Source of the DNA: Negaprion brevirostris
Lineage: Eukaryota
Direction of reading: 5' to 3'
Assembly: GCA_030324005.1 (NCBI GenBank)
Contig: JARDVH010000137.1
Span: forward strand, 27,723,501-27,787,500
DNA length: 64,000 nt
Part shown: positions 11,833 to 23,539 of the stretch, piece after piece
Layout: each line of letters begins with the position of its first letter
Numbering within the stretch: position 1 is the first letter of the stretch
Position numbers and translations under genes: made by a program
Notes under the pieces: generated by a model
What the model was told of the DNA's origin: nothing
Database searches by the model: none
What the model saw: only the letters and a program-made list of their open reading frames with translations

Positions 11833-13349
11833 ATGGCCATTGTTGAAATGTAGGAAATAATGAGGATTTGTCTTTTAAATCACCAATTGTATCTGATTTG
11901 ACTAAATATGGATGAATTAAAATCAGTCTGATTAAGTCAGCAGAAGATTCTGAGGTGAACAGTCAGGAAACACAACAACCACAAGCAAAACTTCCCTCCA
12001 CAAGCAGCTTAAATTTATAATTGGTTAATATCGGTTAAACCTATAACCTCTTTCGGTTACAAACCCTCCCGGAATCTGTTAATGTGAGTTCATCTCGGAG
12101 TTTGTTCACTGAGTCAATGGTCTGTTGTTCAAAAGCATTTACAAGCTAAATATTTACAAAGGTAAAACAAGACCAAGACATAGCTGGAGTTGCCCTGAGG
12201 GATGCTGCACACTCATTTCCTCTCAGTGAGTTACTTCGACATAGCTCCTTACCCATATGCTCAGCAGCTGGCATTGGAGTTAACCCTTTAGTAGGAGTGG
12301 GAAAGGAAACCCCACAAACAGGCTTACGTCTAAGAGATGAAAGAGCAAAGAGTTGGAAACTGAAGCAATCAAGTGAACTGAAGCAATCAACAGCAGCTGC
12401 CACATTTCTTTTGACTTTGCAATGCCCCTGGAGGGAGATTGCCAATCAAACATTTTAACAAAAACAGAATGATACAAGATATCTCATTTTAGCTTGTTTT
12501 GAGAGGATGAGAATAGAACCAGTAAAGGGGAATTGGGAACGGACTGCTGAGCNNNNNNNNNNACAGAGAGGTAGAACAGCAGTGGTAAATATATAAAAAG
12601 ATGATTAACTGAGTTCAGGAGACACTGGGTTGACTTTTCCAAGGAGCCACTCTGCTCCTGTTCATTTACCTTACACTGGGGCCCCATATTTCTCACCTGG
12701 GCCTCCCGAGAAATATGCAATGTAGCTGCTCGTGGATTCCTTCCTTCGTAGTGTAAACCAATCCACGTCCCCTTTAACTACAGTAGCTGCCGTATACCAG
12801 TGTGTTTGAACACCTCAAAGTCAAAAGGGTAATTGGGAATTGGGGGAGGGGGGAGGAGTTGGGTGGTAGTGGGAGGGCGTCAGGAAGTGAAGTGAGGTGG
12901 GTGGAGAGGCTGGTTGAGCAGGCGGAGGGCTAGTTCAGCAGTTGGAGAGTCAGGTGGGTGGTCGGCAGTTGTGGTTAGCTGAGGGGTCAGGGGATACAAT
13001 CAAGAATGGGGGTAGTCGCTGGAGGGTGAGCAGGAGAGGTGAGAGCTGATCAGTAGTATCCCGGAATTAGAAGTGGTTTTAATCCTTCTAACTTTTCCTG
13101 GGTTACTATTCTGCGAATTAAGTTGAAACCATCCACATCTATGACTTTAACTCAGTGTTTTGGAGGGTTCCAGATGCTGGATAGTTGCCCAATGGAAGTT
13201 GAAATTTCCCAGGCAATTCCCACAGAGATCCTGCATTAGGATTTCTAAGTAGTTCCCCCAGCGCAATTACAGGGAAACTCCAGGGTATGACCTTCTGGAG
13301 ACGGGAAAGTCTGGACCACATAGAACTAACCAATATAAACACCACCACG

Positions 13350-15260
13350 GATGAAAAAAGAAAAAAGATAAAATTGAAAATATTTAAGTTAAATGAAAAA
13401 AAAACTAGGTGCATAGACAATATAGAAGAGGGTAACAATAAGGAATTTAGAGGTTTGGGAAAAAACAAAGTACACAATCAGGAAAGCAAAGGAGGACTAG
13501 GAAAGTAGATTAACACTGGATTATAAAATTAAATACTGAAGTATTCCACAGACAAATAAATACCAAAAAGAAAATCTGGATAATGATGGGACCCCCTAAA
13601 AGATGCACAAAATAAACCCACAGTAATAAACAGCAAAGGTCAATATAATTTCCCTCAGTATTTACCATGGAGACTAAGAGAGTTAACTTGACATTAGAAG
13701 GAGAGATCAAAAATGATAGCAAAACCCTTAGGATAAAAAAGAGGGAAATAATTGGTAAATTAGTCAAGTTTATAAAGGATTAAACTCCTAGTCCAGATGA
13801 ATTATACCAGTGTGTAATTAAATAAATTAGAGGAGAGAAAGCAAAGGTATTATTTTATATATAGAATCATATAAAATTAAAACCATTGATTAGAAATGTG
13901 AATAATGGAATAATGTCAGTGAATGTTATTCCTATATTGAAAATGGGAAATAGATCATTGGACCTGAATCTATTAACCAATTATTTTAACATGGCTGGTA
14001 GGAAATGCAAAGAAATCTTTGCTCAAAGATGTAACAGGGAAACAGCTGGTAACAAAACATCAGCTAGCAACAAAATACACAATAAAGAGTTGTCAGCATT
14101 GTAAAGTCATGCTTGGCCAACTTTATTGAATTCTTTGGGGATGTAATTGAAAGAGTGCATAAGGATAATGAGTATGTGTAATATACTTGGCCCTCCATTA
14201 AGCATTGCATCATGAATTCAGGACTAAGATCAGAACACACAGAATCAGCAGACAAATTTAAGTTTATTTAAGTTTACGTTTTTTTGTTACTGTGACAAGT
14301 AGGCTTATATTAACACCACAATGAAGTGACTGTGAAAATCCCCTAGTCACCACACTCTGGCGCCTGTTCGGGTACACTGAGGGAGAATTTAGCATGCCCA
14401 ATGAAACTAACCAGCACGTCTTTCGGACTGTGGAAGGAAACCAGAGCACTTGGAGGAAACCCATGCAAATATGGGGAGAATGTGCAGACTCTGCACAGAC
14501 AAGCTNNNNNNNNNNAACCACTGTGCCATCAACCAGTAGCATAACATGTGAGGAATGTACAAGTAGCATAAGATATGAGGTAGTATTCCACAAATATTAG
14601 TACTGGTACTAATTCATCATTTATGTAAACAATTTGAAACTGGGAGTACAATTTCAAAATCTGCAGATGAAATTAAATTTGTAGATAAGGTTAATACAGA
14701 GCCAGACTGCAACAAAATAAAAGACGATCTTACTTAGCTCATATATTGGATGTGTAAATTGCACGTGAATTCCAATATCGATAAACACATGTTGGTAGGA
14801 GAAAGAAATGAATGTGTATGTTACTTGAGAAAAAAGAAGTAGAAAGGAAAGGGATCTAAGGAGATGGATTCACGGATCCATTCAAAGTAACATTGCAGGT
14901 TAGCAAGGCTATTAAAGTGCACATGAAGCATTGGGACTCATTTCTAGAGGAATAGAATTGGAAAGCAAAGAAGTTATCTTTCATTTTATACANNNNNNNN
15001 NNNNNNNNNNNNNNNNNNNNNNNNNNNNNNNNNNNNNNNNNNNNNNNNNNNNNNNNNNNNNNNNNNNNNNNNNNNNNNNNNNNNNNNNNNNNNNNNNNNN
15101 NNNNNNNNNNNNNNNNNNNNNNNNNNNNNNNNNNNNNNNNNNNNNNNNNNNNNNNNNNNNNNNNNNNNNNNNNNNNNNNNNNNNNNNNNNNNNNNNNNNN
15201 NNNNNNNNNNNNNNNNNNNNNNNNNNCTAGTGTGAGAGTCCAAAATTAAGGCCATCCAGT
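13350..15260 (+). mobile_element. Old, AT-decayed CR1 LINE ORF2
   Basis: Remnants GPPKR/FPSVFT, TPSPD, NVIPILKMG, KSCLANFIEFFGDV, SKSADEIKF, LGLISRGIELESKEV; interrupted by a V-SINE. Confidence 0.75.
14255..14530 (-). mobile_element. V-SINE with alternative (Rex1-like) tail
   Basis: V domain followed by GTACCCGAACAGGCGCCAGAGTGTGGTGACTAGGGGATTTTCACAG...CCTACTTGTCACAG. Confidence 0.85.
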
Positions 15261-15699
15261 AAAAATGAAAACTGATATATTTAATACAATTGCGGATTTA
15301 TTGTAATTAAGCCTTCAGTGCACATTGTATAAGAACAAAGACCTCTTGATTAAAGCAGACAATTTCAGCCAACCAAGATGCTATTACATAAAATAATTTT
15401 GAATGTGCAGCCAACAGCCTCCTCCTGCCCTAATTCATGTAACCCTACCAGGATCCTTCTAATCTTTACTTCCATATGAGTTTCTCTAGTTTCCCCTGAA
15501 ATAAATCTCTTCACCTAAGTACGCCTTACGATAACAAGTTCTATACTCAAACCACTCTCTTGTTCAAGAAGTTTTTTTTCTGAATTGCTTATTGGATTTA
15601 TTGATGGCAATCTTGTAGTTGTGACTTTTAGTTTTGAGCTCCATCACCAGGCTTGGGTGAATGTACCACGGGTCACTAAGCAAAATAAACAGTGAGCGC

Positions 15700-17890
15700 T
15701 CTGACCATCATTTTCCAATCCTCCCTGCCTATTGGCATGGGACCAGGAGATGAGAGGACTGCTAAATTTGCACCGTTATTTAGAAAACTAGAGGGCATAC
15801 ATTTAAGGTGGGAGGGGAGAGATACAAAAGGATCCAGATGGGCAATTTTTTCACACAGAGAATGGTGAGTGTTTGGAATGAGCTGCCAGAGGTAGTAGAG
15901 GTGGTTACAATTTTGTCTTTGAAAAAACATTTAGATAATTACATGGGTAAGATTGGTATAGAGGGATATGATCTAAACACAGGCAATTGAGACTAGCTTA
16001 ATGGTAAAAAATGGGTGGCATGGACAAGTTGGGCCGAAAGGCCTGTTTCCATGCTGTAAACCTCTATGACTCTAAAGGGAGGAAGCAAGAGCCGAGTAAT
16101 TACAGCCTAACCAGTCAAACCTCAGCATTGGGCAAATTATTGGAAAACATATCTGAATGACAGTTTAAAATCGCCCTTTACAAAGACAGGGGTTAAACAA
16201 GGACCACAGCTCCAGGAATTTGGGTCCAATTCCAGCCTCGGATAACTGGCTGTGTTGAGTTTGTACGTTCTCCCCATGTCTGTGTGCGTTTCCACCAGGT
16301 GCTCCAGTTTCTTCAAACGGTCCAAAAATGTGCAGGTCAGATGGATTGACCATGGTAAAATTGCCCATTAGAGTCTGAAAGATGTGCAGGTTAGATGAAT
16401 TAGAACATGAGAACATAAGAAATAGGAGCAGGAGTAGGCCATCTAGCCCTTCGAGCCTGCCCCGCCATTCAATAAGNNNNNNTGCAGTGCAGGAGAAGCC
16501 TTTTAACCAATTGACTCAATTGGCTTCTTCTGCACTGCAGGGACCCCATGATTCTATGACAGTTAGTGTAGACTTGTGAAAGGAAAGTTGTGCTTGACAA
16601 ACTTGAATGAAATTTGAGGATGTAACAAGGAGGGTCAATTAGGCTAGTGTATTTGGTGCATCCCGAGATGCTTCTTTGACAAGATCCACATGACAGCGTG
16701 GCTCAAAAATTAAAAACTGATAAGATCCAAGGAAAAGTGATAGATTCAATCCAAAATTAGCTCAGTGGCAGGAAGCAAAGAGTTATGCTGTCTTTGTGAC
16801 TGGAATGGTGTTTACAGTGGGGTTTTGCAGGGGTCAGTATTAGGTCCCTGGCTACTTATGGTACAAATCAATCATTTAGATTAGAATGTAAGGGGCACGA
16901 TTGCAGATGACATGAAAATTGGTTGCGAGGTTGACAGTGATGAAGAAAGATGTACACTGGCAACCTTTGGCCTCACCCTGGCTGGGACTCTCCCGTGTCG
17001 CTGGAGTGAATGGAGATTTGGCTAAGGGTGGGGGTGGGTGAATGGGATCAGAGACTCCTGCCCATTGAGTGCAGGAAGATATCAATGGACTGGTCAGGTG
17101 GGTAGAAAAATGTAGAAGGGTTGCAAGTGAGGAAAGCGTGAGATAATGCATTCGGACAGGACAAACTAGGCAAAGAGAACATATAATAATCGTAGGATTC
17201 TGAAAAGTACGAGGAACAGATGGACTTTGGAGAACATGTCCACAGATCCCTGATGATAAGAAGGACAAGTAGGTAATGATGTTACAAAGACATATAGAGT
17301 ACTCTTCTTTATTGGCCAAGATCTAGAGTATAAGAACTATATTAAACACTAGTTAGTCCTCAACTAGAGTGCTGCTACAATTTTGATCACCACCTAGTAG
17401 GAAGGATGTGACCACACAAGAGAGAATAAGGAGAACATTCATGAGGATATTTCTAGGAGTAGAGAATTTTAGCTATGAGGAAATATTCAAAAAGCTGTCT
17501 GTTTACTTCATAGCTGTGGGAGGATTTAATTTGGGTGTGTAAAATTAGTAGGGGCCTTGATAGTGTGAACAGAAAGGACCTATTTTCATTAGAAAAGTGG
17601 TCAATAATGAGGAGGCGTAGATTTAAAGTTATTAATTGAAGGACAGGAGAGAAGTTGAAGAGTAATTTTTTTACTCAAGAAGCGGTCAGAGGCTGAAGCC
17701 CATTTTCTGAAAGGGTAAGAGTATAGAAACTCTTGTCACAGTTAAAAGAATAATTGGATAAGCACCTGATGTGCAGTAATCCACAAGGCGACAGAGCAAG
17801 AGCTGGGATTAGACTGCTTGACTCTGTCTGTCAGAAACAAAATGGGCCGAATGATCTTCTATGCTGGAAACCGTTCTATGTTTCTATATT
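15700..17890 (+). mobile_element. CR1 LINE (composite) with nested younger CR1 3' end, V-SINE and MITE
   Basis: IIFQSPL, NYSLTSQTS, KGKLCLTNL, SGVLQGSVLGP, IADDMK..G, NFFTQ and tail ATGGGCCGAATG. Nested CR1 3' end at about 15785-16075 and V-SINE/CR1 tails at 16205-16560. Confidence 0.8.
16978..17063. mobile_element. Short MITE
   Basis: Ends GGCTGGGACTCTC / GAGACTCCTGCCC, decayed from a GGGCGGGATTCTC-type TIR; interrupts the CR1. Confidence 0.6.
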
Positions 17891-18449
17891 TTAAAATGTT
17901 CCAAGTCTGGGCATATCTAACCAAACAATATGCATCAAATGAAGACAGGACCAAATAAAAGACTCCACATTATCCTTGCAATTCAATAACAAAATCAGAT
18001 CTCTTGGCTGAGCATTGGGGTGGGCAAATGGGATCAGAGAATCCCGCCCAGAGAGTGCAGGAAGATATCAATGGACTGGTCAGGTGGGTAGAAAAATGTA
18101 GAAGGGTCCCAAGTGTGGAAAGTGAGAGATAATGCATCCGGAGAGGACAAACTAGGCAAAGAGAACATATAATAATTGTAGGATTCTGAAAAGTACGAAG
18201 AACAGATGGACTTTGGAGAACAAGCTTCAGCAAGCTCTTTCGCAAAGCAAATCTGTTTCAGTAAGTAGCCACAGAAGCTATTTTTAAAATTGTTAACAAC
18301 ACAGACATGTCTAATAAGCCTATAAAAACCAATAGCAAAGAATTCCTTGTGATCTGAAGCATGATGAAGTATTGTGTCCATGTGATAGACATCAGTTCAG
18401 TCTTACCTTCAAATAAAGATGGTACATTTTTGGAGATGAATGTGTGAGA

Positions 18450-19280
18450 GTGCCACAGATGCCATCATCTGTCAAGTGATGCAGGGACTGACATTGCCAC
18501 ATTCATCAGGAGGATTTGACTCCAAATGGCCTGGAAGACAAGCAGCTTGATCCAGGGAATCTACTGGGGATCTTTGCAGCATCTCTCAGTCCTCATTGCA
18601 TAAATGCATAAGAGGAGATATAAGGGATGCCCTTTACAATGACGCATGTCACTACATCCAGCTCACACTGGATGAAGCCATTTCGGCTATTAGATGTCTA
18701 GAGAATTTGAGGCTTCTACAAGTGCAGGCTGCCATTGATTGTAGCCATATTGTTTTAAGATCTCTGTGGCAGCAACCCCTGAAGATCATTAACGGAAAAG
18801 TGTTGCACTCCAGCAACATTCAGCTGTTCTGCCATCAGCAGAAGCATATCATGCATGCCTTTGCCAAGTTCCCCGCGAATACGCATGACTCCTACATCCT
18901 GAAATCACTCCCAGGTGCCTCGGATCTACAGAAGGCTTGGCTTGCGACACCCACGCATCATCCTCAAAGTGCCTCGGAGGAGAATTACAATTTGGCATAG
19001 TCTGAACAAGTTCCATTATTGAGCAAACCAGTGGCATTTTGAGGATGCATTTCCTGTGTTTGGACCTTTCCAGAGGGACTCTGCAATTATCTGTACAGAG
19101 AGTGCCCTACATCATTGTGGTGTGCTGCGCACTGCAAATTTTGGATGTTCCCCTTGAGAATGCTGTTGCAGTGACACAACATGGAAAATGTGCCCGTGAT
19201 GTGCTGATTGCAGCTTCAGCAGGCGTAAGTCCACACAAGATCACACATGCACACTTTTCCTGTCCCTTAGAGGCATGGTG
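18450..19280 (+). pseudogene. PIF/Harbinger transposase (DDE_Tnp_4, HARBI1-like) fossil
   Basis: SQSSLHKCIR..DAL, VQAAIDCSHI, NGKVLHSSNIQLFC, AKFPANTHDSYIL, EENYN, IIEQTSGILRMHFLCLD..GTLQ, IIVVCCAL; contains stops and deletions. Confidence 0.88.
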
Positions 19281-19959
19281 AACAGCAAATTAGTTCCAAT
19301 CATTGACATCTCCAGCAAGCTCATCATTCAATGACACAGCTGAGTGCTGACACTGAAATGTTAGACATCACCCTCTAAGACACAGGAACATATATCATTC
19401 AATCGTCTGTTGCTACACGTACAAGAGCATTCCTTTAACGACATGTACTTTCAGGCTCTGGCTTGACACATTTCCCCTAAGAGTGACTAACTTAGTGGTC
19501 AAACATCACATGAATCTGAGGGGCAGGAAAACAAACCATTGAGGTCACACTTGGAAAAAAAAGGACATGCAGAATCATATTCGAGAGGCATTCGCAAATT
19601 GAGACAAAAGGCCATAAAATCAAATTGCATTTACAAAGGTGCATTATATATACACAGTGAATGAATGCCCATACCACTATGGCAGGAGGTGGAGGCAGCC
19701 TACTGATTGATATGTTCTGTTGTCTGAGATTACTTTGGCAGGCTTCCTCCGGAGGCCGAGTGCTAGGACAGCCCTTGTCTGCTTTGGAACTCCTGCTGTG
19801 TGGTTGGGCATCGTCCTTGGCCTGAGGAACTGGAGTTGTTGGGGTCACATGCAGAGGGGATTTGGAATGGCTGGACAGTCTTGCAGTGCCAGACTCTCCT
19901 ACTCTCTTTGGGAGCACCTGGACAGAGGTTTAACTGCCTCACCCCTAGCTACTGCTTAG

Positions 19960-20515
19960 AGTCATGGCAGGTGGTGAAATTTGAATTCAATTTAGAAATC
20001 TGCAATTAAAAACCTAATGCTGAAACCATTGTGTGATAACCCCACAAGATCCATGGGGAAATCACTGATTGATCTCCCTGTGGAGCTCATTGAGTCTGAG
20101 TTCTCCTGGCAACAGGCTGTGTCCTGCCCAGGTGGAACTCATTACCTTAGCCCTTTATAAGGTAGGCCCAGGACTGAGCCTGCTGAACAGGCTCCAAGGC
20201 AGGGAGTGCACGCACACCACGGTTGTGCTTTTATTTTACATTCCGTAATAAACTGTGTTCCTTTCCAATCAGGCTTCCGGATCATTGCACATTGTCATAA
20301 AAATCCATCTGGCTCACTAATGTCCTTTAGGCAAGGAAATCTGCTATTCTTGTCTGGTCAGACCTGCATGTGACTCCAGATCTACAGCAATATAGTGTCT
20401 GATTCTTAACTGTCCTCTGAATAGCGTAGCAACCTAATGTGTTCAAGGGAATTAGGTATGAGTAATAAATGCTGGCCTGGCCAGTGACACCCACATCTCA
20501 TGATTGAATTAAAAT
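19960..20515 (+). mobile_element. tRNA-derived SINE (CR1/L2-tail family) split by a solo LTR
   Basis: ATGGCAGGTGGTGAAATTTGAATTC ... CCATCTGGCTCACTAATGTCCTTTAGG ... AATAAATGCTGGCC. Confidence 0.8.
20032..20289 (+). mobile_element. Solo LTR
   Basis: TG...CA termini, TATAA and AATAAA motifs, perfect 5-bp TSD CATTG (20027-20031, 20290-20294). Confidence 0.85.
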
Positions 20516-20984
20516 CTTTAGGAAGAAAAATCATTTGCCGTTCTATCAATTGAAACTTCAACCTTAGCAAACAATATGAACCTCAAAATGAAGTATTTGC
20601 ACATTAAACTTGGCCTTCATTAGCAAAACAATGAGATTGAATTCACACATCCATCACTGTATCCTGGAAAAGCAAAGAGCTTACAGCAGTTATGATTGTG
20701 CAACTTCAAGAAGTCAAAGGAACTTTCTTTCTCACAATTTACACACTTTGATCACATACTTTGTAAGTTTGGTTATTTCTTGCCACTTCTTAATTAACTG
20801 TTCACATTAATGTATTGTAAAGCTATCCCAGTAATTAAAACCACTTTCACCCAAAAAGTTATTAATTTAGTTTAGATTTCCTTCTGGATGTATATCTCTT
20901 GTACATTATGCTCAGTTAGTTACCTGCTTTTTGATAATAGGTTGTGTGGATGTATGTATTGTATGTGGATGTATGTCCTGATTT

Positions 20985-21374
20985 TTATTATTCATTTGTG
21001 GGACATGAGCATCTCTGGCTGGCCAGCATTTATTACCCATCCCGAGTTGCCCTTGAATGGAGTGGCTTTTTTGGCCACTTCAGAATGAATTGAGTGTCAA
21101 TCACATTGCTATGGCTCTGGAGTCACATGTAGGCCAGAACAGGTAAGGATGGCAGATTTCCTTCCCCGAAGAACATTAGTGAACCAGATGGGTTTTTTGA
21201 CAATTGATAACGGTTTCATGGTCATCAGTAGATTCTTAATTCCAAATTTTTTTTTTATTGAATTCAAATTCCACCATCTGCGTGATGGATTTCGAACCTG
21301 GGTCCCCAGAACGTTAGCTGAGTTTCTGGATCAATAATCTAGTGATAATACCACCAGGCCATTGCTTCCCCTGG
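20985..21374 (-). mobile_element. Near full-length tRNA-derived SINE with CR1/L2-like tail
   Basis: A box TGGCCTGGTGG, B box GGTTCGAAATCC, conserved core, tail GGGCAACTCGGGATGGGTAATAAATGCTGGCC. Confidence 0.88.
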
Positions 21375-22334
21375 TGAAAAGGTAGCTGCTCCATCATTAT
21401 AGCCCTCTGCATACTGTTGTCAAGATCTAGCCCAGCTTCCAGTTTAAAGAAGCCACTCTGGTGAATAAGCACTAAATTGCTGACGAAGTAAGGAAGAACT
21501 GATGCTCTTGTAGCGAGGGTGTGTTCCATTGCAGCGGTTCTTATTATTTTTCACCTCCTTAAAAGTTCTTTGCTTTATTCCTTGGATCTCTTATTGTCTT
21601 TTGTTTAAGATATATACTCCAGATTCTCCCACAGATGTAGGTTAGCTAAATGAGGTGTTTGAGAGTCTAACCATTCTGTTCATTTAATCTGGGCAATGAA
21701 ATCCATAGCCTTTGATGTATTTCTCCTCAGACTATCAGGGCTGTGATTAGCAACGCTCTCTTGGAATATAAAGCACCAGCTATTAAGCTACATAATGATG
21801 GTGATACTTTTGACGTGGGCAGAGCAGCTACTGCAATGTTTGAATGGAAAATAAAGCCGGTCAGTGTTCCTTTCTATGCAAAGGCAAATGTAAGATGCTG
21901 CGAATCCAAAATAAAAACTGCTGGAAGTGCTCAGCAGGTCAAGCAGCATCTGTGCAGAGAGAAGCAGAATGCATAGATCTACCGCCTGTGAACAGATGCT
22001 TATGAAAGTGTCTCCCTGCTTCCTCCTAACCCCCTCACCCAACAGGTGAGGAAATGTCAAGGACAGAGTAGTAGTTTTTTTTTTGTGGCACCGGCAAAGT
22101 TTTTGGGAGAACCCTGCCCTCTTCAAGGTGGCATGTTGACCAGTTCAGCCACGTGTATATCATGTGGGATTCTCCTCCACACTTGCCTGACAACCAGAGA
22201 CTTCAATGGACCTTTACATAGTCCACCCCCTGCCTGCCCACTAGAATTCCGGCCTTCCTGTGTAATCCCAAACAGTATTTGGGTACAATATCAGGCAAGA
22301 TAACTGGATTATTTCAAGCCTTGCACCAGTGAAT

Positions 22335-22681
22335 TCATGGAAACCCTACAGTGCGGAAGGAGGCCATTCGACCCATTGAATCTGCATCCACTCTCTCTGA
22401 CAGTGTTTTTATCCAGGCCCTTCCCCCACTCTATCCCCATGCCCCACACATTAGCAATGGCTAATCTATCTAATCTACACAGATTGGGACACTGCAGGGC
22501 AATTTAGTATGGCCAATCCATGTAATCTAGACATCTTTAGGGAGGAAAAGCAGAGCACCCGGAGGAAACCCATGCAGACACAGGAAGAATATGTAAACTC
22601 CACACAGGCAGTCACTCAAGGCCAGAACTGAATCCGGGTCCCTAGTGCTGTGAGGCAGCAGTGTTGATCGCTGTGCCACCC
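22335..22681 (-). mobile_element. HE1-type V-SINE
   Basis: Complete head, V domain and CR1-like tail. Confidence 0.88.
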
Positions 22682-22814
22682 TACTACTCAGTTGTTGTTT
22701 GCTACGTACTTTCTGACACCCTGCCTCACTCTCAACACCAGGAAGGGGGATGCTCAGGGTTGTATGGAACATGCATTTTGCATTGCAGTAGGATGTTGTG
22801 GAATGATCTAACCT

Positions 22815-23017
22815 AACGTTTATTTATAGTCTCAAGTATGCTTACACTAAAACTGCAATGAAGTTACTGTGAAAATCCCTTGGTCGCCACACGCCAGTAC
22901 CTATTCGGGTACACAGAGAGAATTTAGCACAGCCAATGCACCCTAAACAGCACATCGCTTGGAGTGTGGAAGGAAACTGGAGCACTCAGAGGAAACCCAC
23001 ACAGACACGGGGAGAAA
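22815..23017 (-). mobile_element. V-SINE with Rex1-like tail, 5'-truncated
   Basis: TGTACCCGAATAGG..GTGTGGCGACCAAGGGATTTTCACAGTAACTTCATTGCAG on the minus strand. Confidence 0.8.
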
Positions 23018-23515
23018 GTTATAAAATTCTAACAGGGTTAGACAGGATAGATTCAGAAAGAATGTTCCTGATGGTGAAGATGTCCAGGACTAGGAATCGT
23101 AATTTGAGGATAAAGGGTAAACCTGTTGGAACTGAAGTGAGGAGAAATTTCTTCACCAAGAGGGTGGTGGATGAGTGGAATCCATGACCAAAACGTTGTC
23201 CGATTTCAAGAAGAAATTAGATGTAGCGTTTGGGACCAGGGGAAATTTGTGGGTGGGGGGGGGGGGGGGGGNNNNNNNNNNNNNNNNNNNNNNNNNNNNN
23301 NNNNNNNNNNNNNNNNNNNNNNNNNNNNNNNNNNNNNNNNNNNNNNNNNNNNNNNNNNNNNNNNNNNNNNNGGTCTTTTAAGAGACTTCTGGATGAGTAC
23401 ATGGGATTTAATAGGATTGAGGGTTATAGGTAAGCCTAGTAGATAGGGATATCATCAGCACAACTTGTGGGCTGAAGGGCCTGTTTGTGCTGTAGTTTTT
23501 CTATGTTCTTTCTGT
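23018..23515 (+). mobile_element. CR1 LINE 3' ends
   Basis: YKILTGLDRIDSERMF...RRNFFTKRVV; tail TGGGCTGAAGGGCCTGTTT. Confidence 0.85.
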
Positions 23516-23539
23516 GTTATGTGGCCCAAGCTCTCGACT

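Noticed and set aside
12355-12390. 18-bp-period tandem duplication AACTGAAGCAATCAA (similar micro-duplications at 6455 and 10241)
   Set aside because: Ordinary replication-slippage duplications with two copies only.
18596-19281. Possible domesticated HARBI1 gene
   Set aside because: Stops, frameshifts and loss of the GDxGY catalytic segment indicate a dead transposon copy.
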